Assembly: GCA_964586735.1 (NCBI GenBank)
Contig: CAZPIN010000089.1
Coordinates: forward strand, 1,200-65,199
Direction: 5' to 3'
Origin: an uncultured Rhodobacterales bacterium
GTDB lineage: Bacteria; Pseudomonadota; Alphaproteobacteria; Rhodobacterales; CAZPXZ01
Length of the DNA: 64,000 nucleotides
Part shown: piece after piece, positions 9,847 to 18,547 of the stretch
How positions within the stretch are numbered: the first letter of the stretch is position 1
Layout: each line of letters starts with the position of its first letter
Program-made: the position numbers and the translations under genes
Notes under the pieces: model-generated
What the model was told of the DNA's origin: nothing
What the model saw: only the letters and a program-made list of their open reading frames with translations
Database searches by the model: none

Positions 9847-10886
9847 GGGCTGCCAAATTCCTCAATCTGCTCCCGGGTCAAGGCAAGCGCGTTCTCGTTC
9901 CGATGCGCTCGGCGGTACCAGTCGACCGTTCGCTGCACGGCACTGTCGCTGTCCCAGCGGGGACTGTAGCCCAGATCGCTCCTCGCCGTCTCGATGTCTA
10001 GGCTAAGCAGTCCAGCCTCGTGCGGCGCGTTCGGATCCGCTGCCTCTTCCCACTCGCCCGGCCACAGCGCCAGTACAGCCTCGACAAGCTCGCCAACGCT
10101 CTTCCAGTCGCCCTTGTCAGGACCGAAATTGTAGGCATTTGCCAGTCCCTCTGGCGCTGTTGCCAGCCGCTCGGCCAGCCGCAGATAGCCGGACAGGGGC
10201 TCTAGCACGTGTTGAAAGGGACGGACGGCGGCACGGTGGCGCACATGCACGGGGCGGCCTGCCTGAAGCGCCCGCACGATGTCTGGCACAATGCGGTCCT
10301 TGGCCCTGTCGCCGCCGCCGATGACGTTGCCGGCGCGCGCCGAGGCGATGCGGACCGCGCCGTTTTTGAAAAACGCCCGGCGCCAGGACGAAATCGCCAC
10401 CTCCATTGCGGCCTTCGACGCGCTGTAGGGATCGTGTCCGCCCAGCCTGTCGGTCTCGCGGTAGGGCTTCTCCGTCTCGCGGTTCTCGTAGACCTTGTCC
10501 GTAGCTACCATCACCACCGTACATGGCGCGTCCAGTTGCCGCACCGCCTCCATCAGATGCAGGCTGCCCATGACATTGCTGCTCCACGTTTCCAGCGGAT
10601 CTTCGTAGGAAGCCAGTACCAGCGGCTGCGCGGCCAGATGAAACACGATATCGGGCCGCGTCTCGGTCAATCGGCGCGACACTACATCGGCATCCCGTAT
10701 GTCGCCTTCGGCGTGGTCCAGACGACCGGCCAACCCAAGCTGGCCAAACAGCGGCTGGTTGACCGTAGGAGCCAAAGCAAGCCCGAATGCCTTAGCCCCC
10801 AGCCTTAGTAGCCATTCGCTCAGCCAAGCACCCTTGAAGCCGGTGTGCCCGGTTACCAGCACCCGTTTTCCAGCCCAGAAACTCAA
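9843..10886 (-). CDS. rfbG: CDP-glucose 4,6-dehydratase
   Basis: FWAGKRVLVTGHTGFKGAWLSEWL and YSASKAA motifs. I prefer the TTG at 10886, which gives MSFWAGKRV as in known RfbG N-termini and overlaps the rfbF stop as TTGA. The track start is an upstream TTG at 10913. Confidence 0.85.
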   Translation of the reverse strand: MSFWAGKRVLVTGHTGFKGAWLSEWLLRLGAKAFGLALAPTVNQPLFGQLGLAGRLDHAEGDIRDADVVSRRLTETRPDIVFHLAAQPLVLASYEDPLETWSSNVMGSLHLMEAVRQLDAPCTVVMVATDKVYENRETEKPYRETDRLGGHDPYSASKAAMEVAISSWRRAFFKNGAVRIASARAGNVIGGGDRAKDRIVPDIVRALQAGRPVHVRHRAAVRPFQHVLEPLSGYLRLAERLATAPEGLANAYNFGPDKGDWKSVGELVEAVLALWPGEWEEAADPNAPHEAGLLSLDIETARSDLGYSPRWDSDSAVQRTVDWYRRAHRNENALALTREQIEEFGSP

Positions 10887-11671
10887 GTGCCCGATGCCTC
10901 CCAAACTCGCCAAGGCGCCCTGCCAGAGGACCAGAGACGCTCTAGGTACGTCTTGTCCCGCAACGTGTCCATGGCCTGCCAGAAGCCTCTGTGCTTCCAG
11001 ACTGCCAGCTGTCCGTCCTTGGCCAGTCCCTCAAGCGGCGTCTTCTCGAAGACAGTCTCGTCACCCTCGATCCGCTCCAACACTTCTGGCCTGCACACCA
11101 TGAAGCCGCCGTTCACCCACTGCCGGTCGCCTACGGGCTTTTCCTGAAACCGCGCCACGCGGTCTCCCTCGACCGCCAGTGCGCCAAAGCGGCCCGTGGG
11201 CTGCACCGCGGTCAGCGTTGCAAGGCAGTCCTGCTCCCGGTGAAACGCCACAAGCCCGCCGATGTCCACGTCGGACACCCCGTCGCCATACGTGAGGCAA
11301 AAATCACCGTCGATGTGATCGGCCACACGCAGAATGCGGCCACCAGTCATGGTCGCTTCGCCGGTATCCACCAGAGTCACTTTCCAAGGCTCGGCTTTGC
11401 GGTTGTGCACCTCCATGCCACTGCCCGCCATGTCAATGGTGACGTCCGACATGTGCAGGACGTAGTTGGCGAAGTACTCCTTGATGGCGTATCCCTTGTA
11501 GCCGCAGCAGATGACGAACTCGGTGATGCCGTGGTGGCTGTAGATTTTGAGGATATGCCAGAGTATCGGACGGCCGCCGATCTCGACCATTGGCTTGGGG
11601 CGGATATGGGTCTCCTCGCTGAGCCGCGAACCGTATCCCCCTGCCAAGATAACGGCTTTCAATGCGGTCAA
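10883..11671 (-). CDS. rfbF: Glucose-1-phosphate cytidylyltransferase
   Basis: KAVILAGGYGSRLSEETHIRPKPMVEIGGRPILWHILKIYSHHGITEFVICCGYKGYAIKEYF is near-canonical RfbF. The start is TTG at 11671 (TTGA overlap with the GT2 stop) or TTG at 11662 (giving MKAVILAGG). Confidence 0.9.
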   Translation of the reverse strand: MTALKAVILAGGYGSRLSEETHIRPKPMVEIGGRPILWHILKIYSHHGITEFVICCGYKGYAIKEYFANYVLHMSDVTIDMAGSGMEVHNRKAEPWKVTLVDTGEATMTGGRILRVADHIDGDFCLTYGDGVSDVDIGGLVAFHREQDCLATLTAVQPTGRFGALAVEGDRVARFQEKPVGDRQWVNGGFMVCRPEVLERIEGDETVFEKTPLEGLAKDGQLAVWKHRGFWQAMDTLRDKTYLERLWSSGRAPWRVWEASGT

Positions 11672-13374
11672 ACCCCCACGAGGCTGGCTTTGCGGGTGGC
11701 GATGTCCGACTTCAGCCGGGACTGCAGGGACTGAAGCTCCTCGTTTTCCCCGTCCTCTGACAGCCGGTCCTCGACGATGGCCTGCGCCATCTCCTCAAAC
11801 CCCAGCTGCACCAGCACATCGACGTAGCTTCCCAGCAGCCCGATGTTCTTGGAGCTTACCGAGAGTGCCTGCGAAAGGCTTGCCTCCGCATCGTCCCAGC
11901 GTCCCATCTGCGCCTGCGCCTCGGCCGCCAGCCTGAGCGTCGGTACGCTGTGGGGATGGTCCAGAAGAATTTGGTCCAGCTCCTTCAGGGCACCAGCCGG
12001 GTTGCCGCTTCGCAGATGCAGCTGCGCCCTCGCCAGACCCTTCTGTGCAACCATGCTGGAGTATTCTCCGGCATACTTGCGAATTGCCTGGCTGGGAGAC
12101 TGCTGAAGGGGCGGCTGCACCGACTCGGCGAACTTGATCGCGTCGAGGATGGTCTTGAATCCAAGCTTGTTGCCATTGACCACCAGACGGTCGAACAGAT
12201 ACTCCTCCCGCTTGTCTTTCTCTTCGCCTTTGGGAACGGGCCGCGGCGGAGGAGGCTTCGCCCCCTGCTCGTGCGTGAAGCCGGCGCTCAGCTTGCGCAT
12301 GTCCGGCATCTTCACCTTGTCCTTCAGGTCCCAACGCTCGGCCAGAGCCTCAAGCGCGGCGCGCGCCATCGGAAACGACACCGATTCGTATCCCCGCGAC
12401 ATTTCCTCGGCCATGTAGGACCAGGCCCTCTCGCGATGGATGTCAGCCTTGGGCTCGCCAAGAGCCTTTCGGATCTCGTCCATCATGCGCAGCTGGCACT
12501 GGACTATCACCGCCCGGTTGGCGCGCAGCCCCAGCTCGTCGGCCAGAAACACCTCGTCGCTCGTCGGGTTGTCCGGGATCATGTTGCGCATGCTCGTACG
12601 GAAAGAGATGGCTGTGCGGAACGACCCGGAATTGCTCTTCTTGCTGTGCCCCGACACGAACACGCAGCGCTCGGCGCGGGCGTACTTCCTGGCGTACATC
12701 AAGGTCGCGTAGCCGGAGTCGAAATCGGGGATGGGATCCACGATCCAGCGGCCCCGCAGTTTCTTGATCCTCTGCAGGTACTCCATGCGTACGAAGCCGT
12801 AGTAGAGGCCCGGTCCCGTGCCGATGCGGGGGTTGTAGTCGATCGCCCGACGCAGAATCTGCTTGGGATCCTGATAGATGAGAATCTCCTCGTTGAAGCG
12901 CATCTGAAGGTAGTTGCGCCTGCCGGGGAACGGATAGTCGTGCCACTTGAAGATCGAGTAGCCGCCTTGCAGCACGTCGACGTCAAGGCGGGGAAGAAGG
13001 TTTCTGGCCCAGCGAAAGCAGTCCGGCATCACGGCGTCGTCATCGCCGATGACGGTGACGTAGTCGCCGTTCGCCCGGTCAAGAGCGAACTCCCAGTTGT
13101 CGCGCATCGACAGAAACTCGTTCGTCTTCTGGTAGACCACGCGGCGGGTCCAGTTGCGTTCTTCGATCATGTCGCGCAGACGGTCGTCGTCGCTGTTGTC
13201 GGACACGACGATCTGCAGAAGCGGATCATCGCAGTTGATCGCAGACTCGACCGCCGCGATCGCCGTGTGCTGGCGATTGCGGGTCGGGATCAGCAGCGAG
13301 AAGGACAGCGGCTTCTCCTTCGGCTCCTGCTTCTTGTCCTGCTTGCTGTCCTGTTTCTTCTTCTCTTCGGCCAA
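11668..13374 (-). CDS. Family-2 glycosyltransferase with C-terminal TPR-like region
   Basis: GT2 signature FSLLIPTRNRQHTAIAAVESAI...VVSDNSDDD and DxD (VIGDDDAV). The C-terminal ~130 aa are helical-repeat-like (LARAQLHLRSGNPAGALKELDQILLDHPHS...AEAQAQMGRWDDAEASL). The N-terminus is Lys-rich. First gene of a translationally coupled run. Confidence 0.75.
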   Translation of the reverse strand: MAEEKKKQDSKQDKKQEPKEKPLSFSLLIPTRNRQHTAIAAVESAINCDDPLLQIVVSDNSDDDRLRDMIEERNWTRRVVYQKTNEFLSMRDNWEFALDRANGDYVTVIGDDDAVMPDCFRWARNLLPRLDVDVLQGGYSIFKWHDYPFPGRRNYLQMRFNEEILIYQDPKQILRRAIDYNPRIGTGPGLYYGFVRMEYLQRIKKLRGRWIVDPIPDFDSGYATLMYARKYARAERCVFVSGHSKKSNSGSFRTAISFRTSMRNMIPDNPTSDEVFLADELGLRANRAVIVQCQLRMMDEIRKALGEPKADIHRERAWSYMAEEMSRGYESVSFPMARAALEALAERWDLKDKVKMPDMRKLSAGFTHEQGAKPPPPRPVPKGEEKDKREEYLFDRLVVNGNKLGFKTILDAIKFAESVQPPLQQSPSQAIRKYAGEYSSMVAQKGLARAQLHLRSGNPAGALKELDQILLDHPHSVPTLRLAAEAQAQMGRWDDAEASLSQALSVSSKNIGLLGSYVDVLVQLGFEEMAQAIVEDRLSEDGENEELQSLQSRLKSDIATRKASLVGV

Positions 13375-13538
13375 GGCGTGTATCTCCCATGCTGTGGTTA
13401 GGGTTGCTGCTGCATCTGCCAGCTGCGGCGGCCTCGCCGGCCGCGGCAGCTAAAGATATAGGTTGGTGTGCGGCCCGCGCAACCGAGCCAGCCAGTCGAG
13501 CGGCCGGTCTGTCGCGAAGCGAGTTTACCGCTGGACGG

Positions 13539-13967
13539 TCAGAACGCCACGCAGACCTCTTCCGAGACCTTCAGGACAAACTCCTGCCCGAAGCGCTCCC
13601 TGTAGGCTCTGCCAATCTGCTTGACCCGGTTCCAGCCGTCAGCGCCCTTCGGAATGACCACGTTGATCACCTTCGTGCGCTCGCGTTCGATGACGCCAGA
13701 GTCGGTCTTCCACTGGCCCCGTGCATCGAACAGCGTAAACCCGTCGGGCAGCACCGTGGACACCGTGGTGGCGAGAAAGTCCTCCCAGTCGTACTCGCTG
13801 ATCACCTCTTTGCCGTCGCGGTTTCGCCCGAAGTAGAGCCAGTAGCCCTCCCACGCCTCCATCCCCTCCTGACAGCCATGGGACGACGCCGCGGCCGGTA
13901 TGGTCGGCGCGGCAAGCAGCAGCGCGGCAGCTAGAGCCACGCACGTCCTGAAGTTTCTTCGGTGCAT
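13539..13967 (-). CDS. Small secreted protein, DUF3574-like (recalled family, unverified)
   Basis: 142 aa with a signal peptide (MHRRNFRTCVALAAALLLAAPTIPAAA). The core WLYFGRNRDGKEVISEYDWEDFLATTVSTVLPDGFTLFDARGQW resembles what I recall of DUF3574. Confidence 0.55.
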   Translation of the reverse strand: MHRRNFRTCVALAAALLLAAPTIPAAASSHGCQEGMEAWEGYWLYFGRNRDGKEVISEYDWEDFLATTVSTVLPDGFTLFDARGQWKTDSGVIERERTKVINVVIPKGADGWNRVKQIGRAYRERFGQEFVLKVSEEVCVAF

Positions 13968-14379
13968 ACTAACACCCTCCTATAGGTTAGCCCATGCTCG
14001 GCAAGGTTGCGGGAGGCCAGACCATGCCCACTCCCGCCGGTTCCTCAGGATACCGAAACTCGGCACTGAAGTCCATCCTGCCACTACGTGAATCGCACTA
14101 TACATCAGTCTGCCTCCGCTAGGAAGCCTGTCTTCTTGCCGCGAGACTCCGCCAAGCAGCGCCTGCCCAGAACCAGCCATGCCTCCTTCAAAGCCCCCGC
14201 TTGGCCAGCATTCCCCTGTAGAAGGGCGAGTCGCAGGATACCTCCAACTGCCATCCCAAAGCACCTTCGCACTGCCCACAAGCTGCCCTTCTGACTTGCG
14301 GCGCATTCTGACAACAGGCTTTGCCGCGTGTTTCCAAAGCGATTCCAGGGCGCGGGGCAAGGTGCCGAAAGCTGCCCTG

Positions 14380-15220
14380 TCAGGCCACGGTAACTACGGT
14401 AAAGTCTGGATCAATATAGACTGTGCCAACGCTGCCTTGATAGCCCATGCGGCCATCTGAGTCCGCTGAGCCCTCACCAACAATACGGTCGATTCCCTCG
14501 CCAAAGATTCGCACTGTATCCGTGGTGCGGGTGCTGTCAATAGCCAATGAATATCCATCGCTGGTACCCGCCAGCACCGACAGCAACTCATCGGACATCG
14601 TAAAGGTAATCTCTGGAATATCCAACCCAGCCATGTTGACTCTGCGGATGCCTTGGATCGACTCCGCCTCAGAAGCGTCCTTTGCCCATGAACTGTAACT
14701 TCTTCCTCCCATCAATGTTAACTTGTCCCACGTACCGCCCGCGCCATCCGGCAGCCCTTCTCCATCATGCAGTAGATGTAAAGGTGTATCCGCGCTGCTG
14801 AAAATTCTGGAATCCACAACGTCCACCGTACCATTATCGTCATTTTCCCAGTTGCGAGTAAGGGATTTTCGAACTCTGCCTCCATCAGTGTATGTCCAGA
14901 TCTGGACACGGTTAAACACTCCGTCGTCATCATCATCCAATTCCAGTACGCTGGACACCAGCGCACCCTCCACATACGTATCCGTACCCCGATGCCACTG
15001 TGAAGGGCCACGTTCAGTATCAAAACGGACTCGGCCGGGCTGTCAGCAGCGAAAAACCCTTTGACCAGCAGCGCTTCTCCGCCAGCCACGACCACCACGA
15101 GATCGTCGCCGTCGCGGTAGGTGCGTTCAATCTGGCCGCGGGCGACGGGTATGCGGAAGCCTGCCCGCCACCGTCAAGGGGCATGGAACTGCCGGTTTCC
15201 CGTGCAGATTCGGTAGCCAT
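14380..15220 (-). pseudogene. Decayed family member B: N-terminal cassette and C-terminal cassette retained, core deleted, at least two frameshifts
   Basis: There are three overlapping fragments in different frames. The first is MATESARETGSSMPLDGGGQ (from ATG 15220). The second is IPVARGQIERTYRDGDDLVVVVAGGEALLVKGFFAADSPAESVLIL (open from a TGA at 15174-15176). The third is ORF 14380-14973 (ELDDDDDGVF...ENDDNGTVDVVD...), which ends with the family cassette GTVYIDPDFTVVTVA. No hydrophobic helix remains. Confidence 0.7.
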
Positions 15221-15261
15221 GGTTCGTCTCTTCAGGCCATACACCGCTTGCTCTCAAGCTA

Positions 15262-15289
15262 TTCATAGCATGGTTGGCCAAATTATCAA
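15262..15289 (-). promoter_or_regulatory. Family-type promoter candidate (TTGATA-N16-TATGAA) upstream of decayed member B
   Basis: On the minus strand, TTGATA lies at 15289-15284 and TATGAA at 15267-15262, with a 16-nt spacer. This is the same geometry as the promoters of members E, F and G. A GAGAGCAAGCGG leader motif follows. Confidence 0.3.
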
Positions 15290-15446
15290 ATGGTGAATCT
15301 GCTGGCGCTGCCGACAGCAGCAGCGGTGCATCCCGAAGGACCGCATTATTCTCGTCCCCTATGCCGCAGCGTAACGCAGCGGCTTGCCGGACAAGGTAAA
15401 ACCGGCACTCTCGTATCCGGCATGTCCACCGACAAAGAGACTCCCC

Positions 15447-15929
15447 ATGCGCACCAGCATCCACCTGCAGTTCGACGGCAACTGCCGCGAGGCGTTTGAG
15501 TTCTATCGCTCGGTCTTCGGCGGCGAGTTCGAGGTCATGGTGACCTTCCGCAGCCTGCTGCTCAGCGGCTATAGCCGCGAGGGACTTGAATTCTACCGCT
15601 CAGTCTTTGGCGGCGAATCCGAGGTCACCGACCTTCCCTCCGAGGACCTCGACAGGATCATGCACGTGGCCCTGCCCATCGGCGATGGCAGAGTCATGGG
15701 CGCGGACATTCCGGCAGCCTTCGGCGCTCCCAGGCAGACGGGCGGCAACTTCGCCTTCACCATCAATCCCGACAGCCGGGACGAGGCCAGGCGGATCTTC
15801 CATGCGCTCGCGGAAGGCGGCAGCGTGCTGATACCAATCGATGACACGTTCTGGGGAGGGTACTTTGGATACCTGAAGGACCGCTTTGGTATCCAGTGGA
15901 AGATTCTCTTCGAGGAATCGCCGAACTGA
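15447..15929 (+). CDS. VOC/PhnB-like (glyoxalase-fold) protein, copy 1, with an internal partial re-iteration
   Basis: ATG at 15447 (the track ORF starts at 15384). Paralog of 16429-16851. EFYRSVFGGE[FS]EV occurs twice, 30 codons apart (15498 and 15588), so copy 1 is ~20 aa longer than copy 2. Confidence 0.7.
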   Translation: MRTSIHLQFDGNCREAFEFYRSVFGGEFEVMVTFRSLLLSGYSREGLEFYRSVFGGESEVTDLPSEDLDRIMHVALPIGDGRVMGADIPAAFGAPRQTGGNFAFTINPDSRDEARRIFHALAEGGSVLIPIDDTFWGGYFGYLKDRFGIQWKILFEESPN

Positions 15930-15963
15930 CGGCGCGCTTCCCGCGGGCTGGCGCATTGGCCGC

Positions 15964-16023
15964 TCAGGTCTCCGAGCGCACCGCCCAGCCTGGCGTCCGC
16001 TCCAGCATCACCACTACGTAGCA
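15964..16023 (-). pseudogene. Relic of the 3' end of the ABC permease gene, carried along by the segmental duplication
   Basis: The minus-strand translation CYVVVMLERTPGWAVRSET* matches the true permease C-terminus YYVVVMLERTFAGWAERSET* encoded at 16889-16950. Confidence 0.7.
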
Positions 16024-16428
16024 GAGGAGGATTCCGAATCGAGTCGATCTACCGGAAAAACGGCCAGCTCTACGCTATACCACCCAAGCCCGGCGGGATA
16101 CCAAGACTGTGCACGTGGCTACGTACCTTTCGCTGAATACGGTTCCGTTCAAGGGTCTCCGAGACATCGGCTTCGCGGCAATGTAGTGCCTTGCCGCTGG
16201 GCGGATTACTGCAAAATAGGGCGTTTCTCAGAAAAACCGTCGAACTTCGGGGCCAATTCGCGCATCTTGACCATGTACATTGAGTACGCCGGAAACATGG
16301 CGCTGGTTGGCGACGCGCAGGCTGAGACCGAAGCGATGCAGCGAAACGCCAGCAGCGCACCCGCTTGCGGGACGGGGTAAAACCCGGCATTCTCATGCTA
16401 GACAAGTCCATCGACGAGGAGACTCCCC

Positions 16429-16851
16429 ATGCGTACCAGCACCTACCTGCTGTTCGACGGCAACTGCCGCGAGGCGTTTGACTTCTACCGCTCGGTCTTC
16501 GGCGGCGAGTTCGAGGTCATGGAGACGTTCCGCAGCGGCCCGGAGGGCATGGACATTCCGCCCGAGGATCTCGACAAGATCATGCACATGGCCTTGCCCA
16601 TAGGCGATGGCAGGATCATGGGCGCCGACATTCCGGCGGCCTTCGGCGACCCCAAGCCGGCGGGCGGTAATTTCGCCGTCTCCGTCAATCCCGACAGCCG
16701 CAGCGAGACCGATCGGATATTCCACGCGCTGGCGAAGGGCGGCAGCGTACTGATGCCCATCGAGGACATGTTCTGGGGCGGGTACTTTGGGCACCTGAAG
16801 GACCGCTTCGGCATCCAGTGGATGCTCCACTTCGAGGAGTCGCAGGGCTGA
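16429..16851 (+). CDS. VOC/PhnB-like (glyoxalase-fold) protein, copy 2
   Basis: 140 aa: MRTSTYLLFDGNCREAFDFYRSVFGG...MHMALPIGDGRIMGADIP...MFWGGYFGHLKDRFGIQWML, typical of PhnB/VOC-family proteins. Confidence 0.8.
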   Translation: MRTSTYLLFDGNCREAFDFYRSVFGGEFEVMETFRSGPEGMDIPPEDLDKIMHMALPIGDGRIMGADIPAAFGDPKPAGGNFAVSVNPDSRSETDRIFHALAKGGSVLMPIEDMFWGGYFGHLKDRFGIQWMLHFEESQG

Positions 16852-16888
16852 CGGCACCCTTTCCGCCGACTCCGCGGCAGCCTACCGC

Positions 16889-17653
16889 TCAGGTCTCCGA
16901 GCGCTCTGCCCAGCCCGCAAACGTCCGCTCCAGCATCACCACGACATAGTAAAGGACAATTCCGAGAATCGCCAAAGCGATCAGTACGGCGAACATCAGC
17001 GGATAGTCGGCGCTGATCTTGCCGCTGTCGAACAGGTGCCCCAGCCCCCTGCCGTGCGGCTCGACGATCTCCATCAGGTTGGTGCCGATGAACGCCAGCG
17101 TCACCGCCACCTTCATCGCGCCGAAAAACTCCGGCAGGGTCTTGGGAAGCGCGATCTTCCAGAACACCGTGAAGCGGCTTGCGCCCAGCGACCGCAGGAT
17201 GTCGCGGTACTCCGGCTCGAGGGTCGACAGGCCGATGGAGATGGACACGGCGATAGGAAAAAATGAGATCATGAAGGCGATCAGGACGGTGTTCATGTCG
17301 TGGGCGCCGACGAAAATCAGGGCGATGACCGGCACCACCGTCGCCTTGGGGATGGCGTTGAAGCCCACCAGCAGCGGATAGAGCGCCTCCCGCATGGTCC
17401 TAGAGTTGCCCATGACGACGCCGAGGCCGACGCCCACCACCACCGAGAGGCCGAGACCGGCCACCGTCCGCCACAGCGTGTCCCAGCTGTACTCCAGAAA
17501 CAGCCAGCGGAACTTCCAGAATGCCGGCCCAAGGTCGGAGGGCGATGCCATTTTGTAGTTCGGCCACTGGTTGAACCACACCAGCCACTCCCAGAACAAC
17601 AGAAACACCGCCATGGCGGCCAGCGGCACCATGCTCTCGCGCAGCAATTTCAT
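16889..17653 (-). CDS. ABC transporter permease (NitT/TauT-type, SsuC-like)
   Basis: 254 aa, polytopic and hydrophobic, with a BPD-transporter EAA-like region (MREALYPLLVGFNAIPKATVVPV). The start overlaps the ATPase stop by 4 nt. Confidence 0.85.
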   Translation of the reverse strand: MKLLRESMVPLAAMAVFLLFWEWLVWFNQWPNYKMASPSDLGPAFWKFRWLFLEYSWDTLWRTVAGLGLSVVVGVGLGVVMGNSRTMREALYPLLVGFNAIPKATVVPVIALIFVGAHDMNTVLIAFMISFFPIAVSISIGLSTLEPEYRDILRSLGASRFTVFWKIALPKTLPEFFGAMKVAVTLAFIGTNLMEIVEPHGRGLGHLFDSGKISADYPLMFAVLIALAILGIVLYYVVVMLERTFAGWAERSET

Positions 17654-18495
17654 GGCGTCACCTCCGCCGCCGCATCCGCCACCGCCCCGCCGACGCCCGC
17701 CGCCCCGTCGGGCGGCAGATGGCCTTGGGCAATTTCGATCTGGCGGCGCAGCTCGGCCAGCATCGCAGCCGATTCGGGCGTGTAGAGGTCGTCGAGGGAG
17801 CGCTCACGGCCCATCGGTACGTCCATGACGTACTGGGTGGTGCCGGGCCGCCCCGACATCACGACGATTCGGTCGGCAAGAAACAGGGCCTCGCGCAGGT
17901 CATGGGTGATGAACAAACACGTAAACCGCTCCTCGTGGCGCAGGTCGTGCATGATCTGCCAGAGGTCCTCGCGGGTGAAGGCGTCAAGCGCGCCAAACGG
18001 CTCGTCGAGAATCAGCACCTCGGGGCGGTGGGCAAGGGCGCGGCACAGCGAAGCTCTCTGCCGCATGCCGCCCGACAGCTCCGAGGGGCGCTTGTCCTCG
18101 AAGCCCGCCAGCCCCACCAGTCCAAGCAGCGTCCTGGCGCGCTCCTCGCGTTCGCGGCTTTTCATGCCGCTGGCGACGATCTCCAGGGGCAGGATGACGT
18201 TGCGCAGAATCGACCGCCACTCCAGCAGCACTGGATTCTGGAAAGCCATGCCCACCGTGGAGCGCGGCGACACCACCCGCTCGCCGTGCAGCCGCACCTC
18301 GCCGCGGTCCGGTATCAGCAGGCCCGACACCAGCCGGGTCAGGGTCGATTTACCGCAGCCCGACGGGCCGACCACCGCGGTGAAGGTCTCGGCCGCGCAG
18401 GCGAAGCTCAGGTCGTTGAGCACCGGAAGCGGGCCGTCCGCCATGGCGTAGGCGTGCCCGACTCCGTCGACCTCGATGTGGCGGGAAGGATCCAT
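17650..18495 (-). CDS. ABC transporter ATP-binding protein (NitT/TauT-type)
   Basis: Walker A GPSGCGKSTL, signature LSGGMRQR and Walker B LILDEPFGALD. The C-terminus is a low-complexity A/G tail. Confidence 0.85.
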   Translation of the reverse strand: MDPSRHIEVDGVGHAYAMADGPLPVLNDLSFACAAETFTAVVGPSGCGKSTLTRLVSGLLIPDRGEVRLHGERVVSPRSTVGMAFQNPVLLEWRSILRNVILPLEIVASGMKSREREERARTLLGLVGLAGFEDKRPSELSGGMRQRASLCRALAHRPEVLILDEPFGALDAFTREDLWQIMHDLRHEERFTCLFITHDLREALFLADRIVVMSGRPGTTQYVMDVPMGRERSLDDLYTPESAAMLAELRRQIEIAQGHLPPDGAAGVGGAVADAAAEVTP

Positions 18496-18547
18496 TGCAA
18501 CACCCGGCCCCGGGCACGGCGCGCCCGGGGCCGGGGCTGGCCTTGCC

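Larger units (their letters stand above)
15375..16950. repeat. Segmental direct duplication (~0.6-kb unit, copies ~15375-16023 and ~16355-16950) containing the VOC/PhnB gene
   Basis: Both copies align from the leader (GGTAAAACCGGCA.TCTC...GAGACTCCCCATGCG.ACCAGC), through the CDS, into the downstream TCAGGTCTCCGAGCGC...GTCCGCTCCAGCATCACCAC segment. About 330 nt of unique spacer lie between the copies. Confidence 0.75.
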
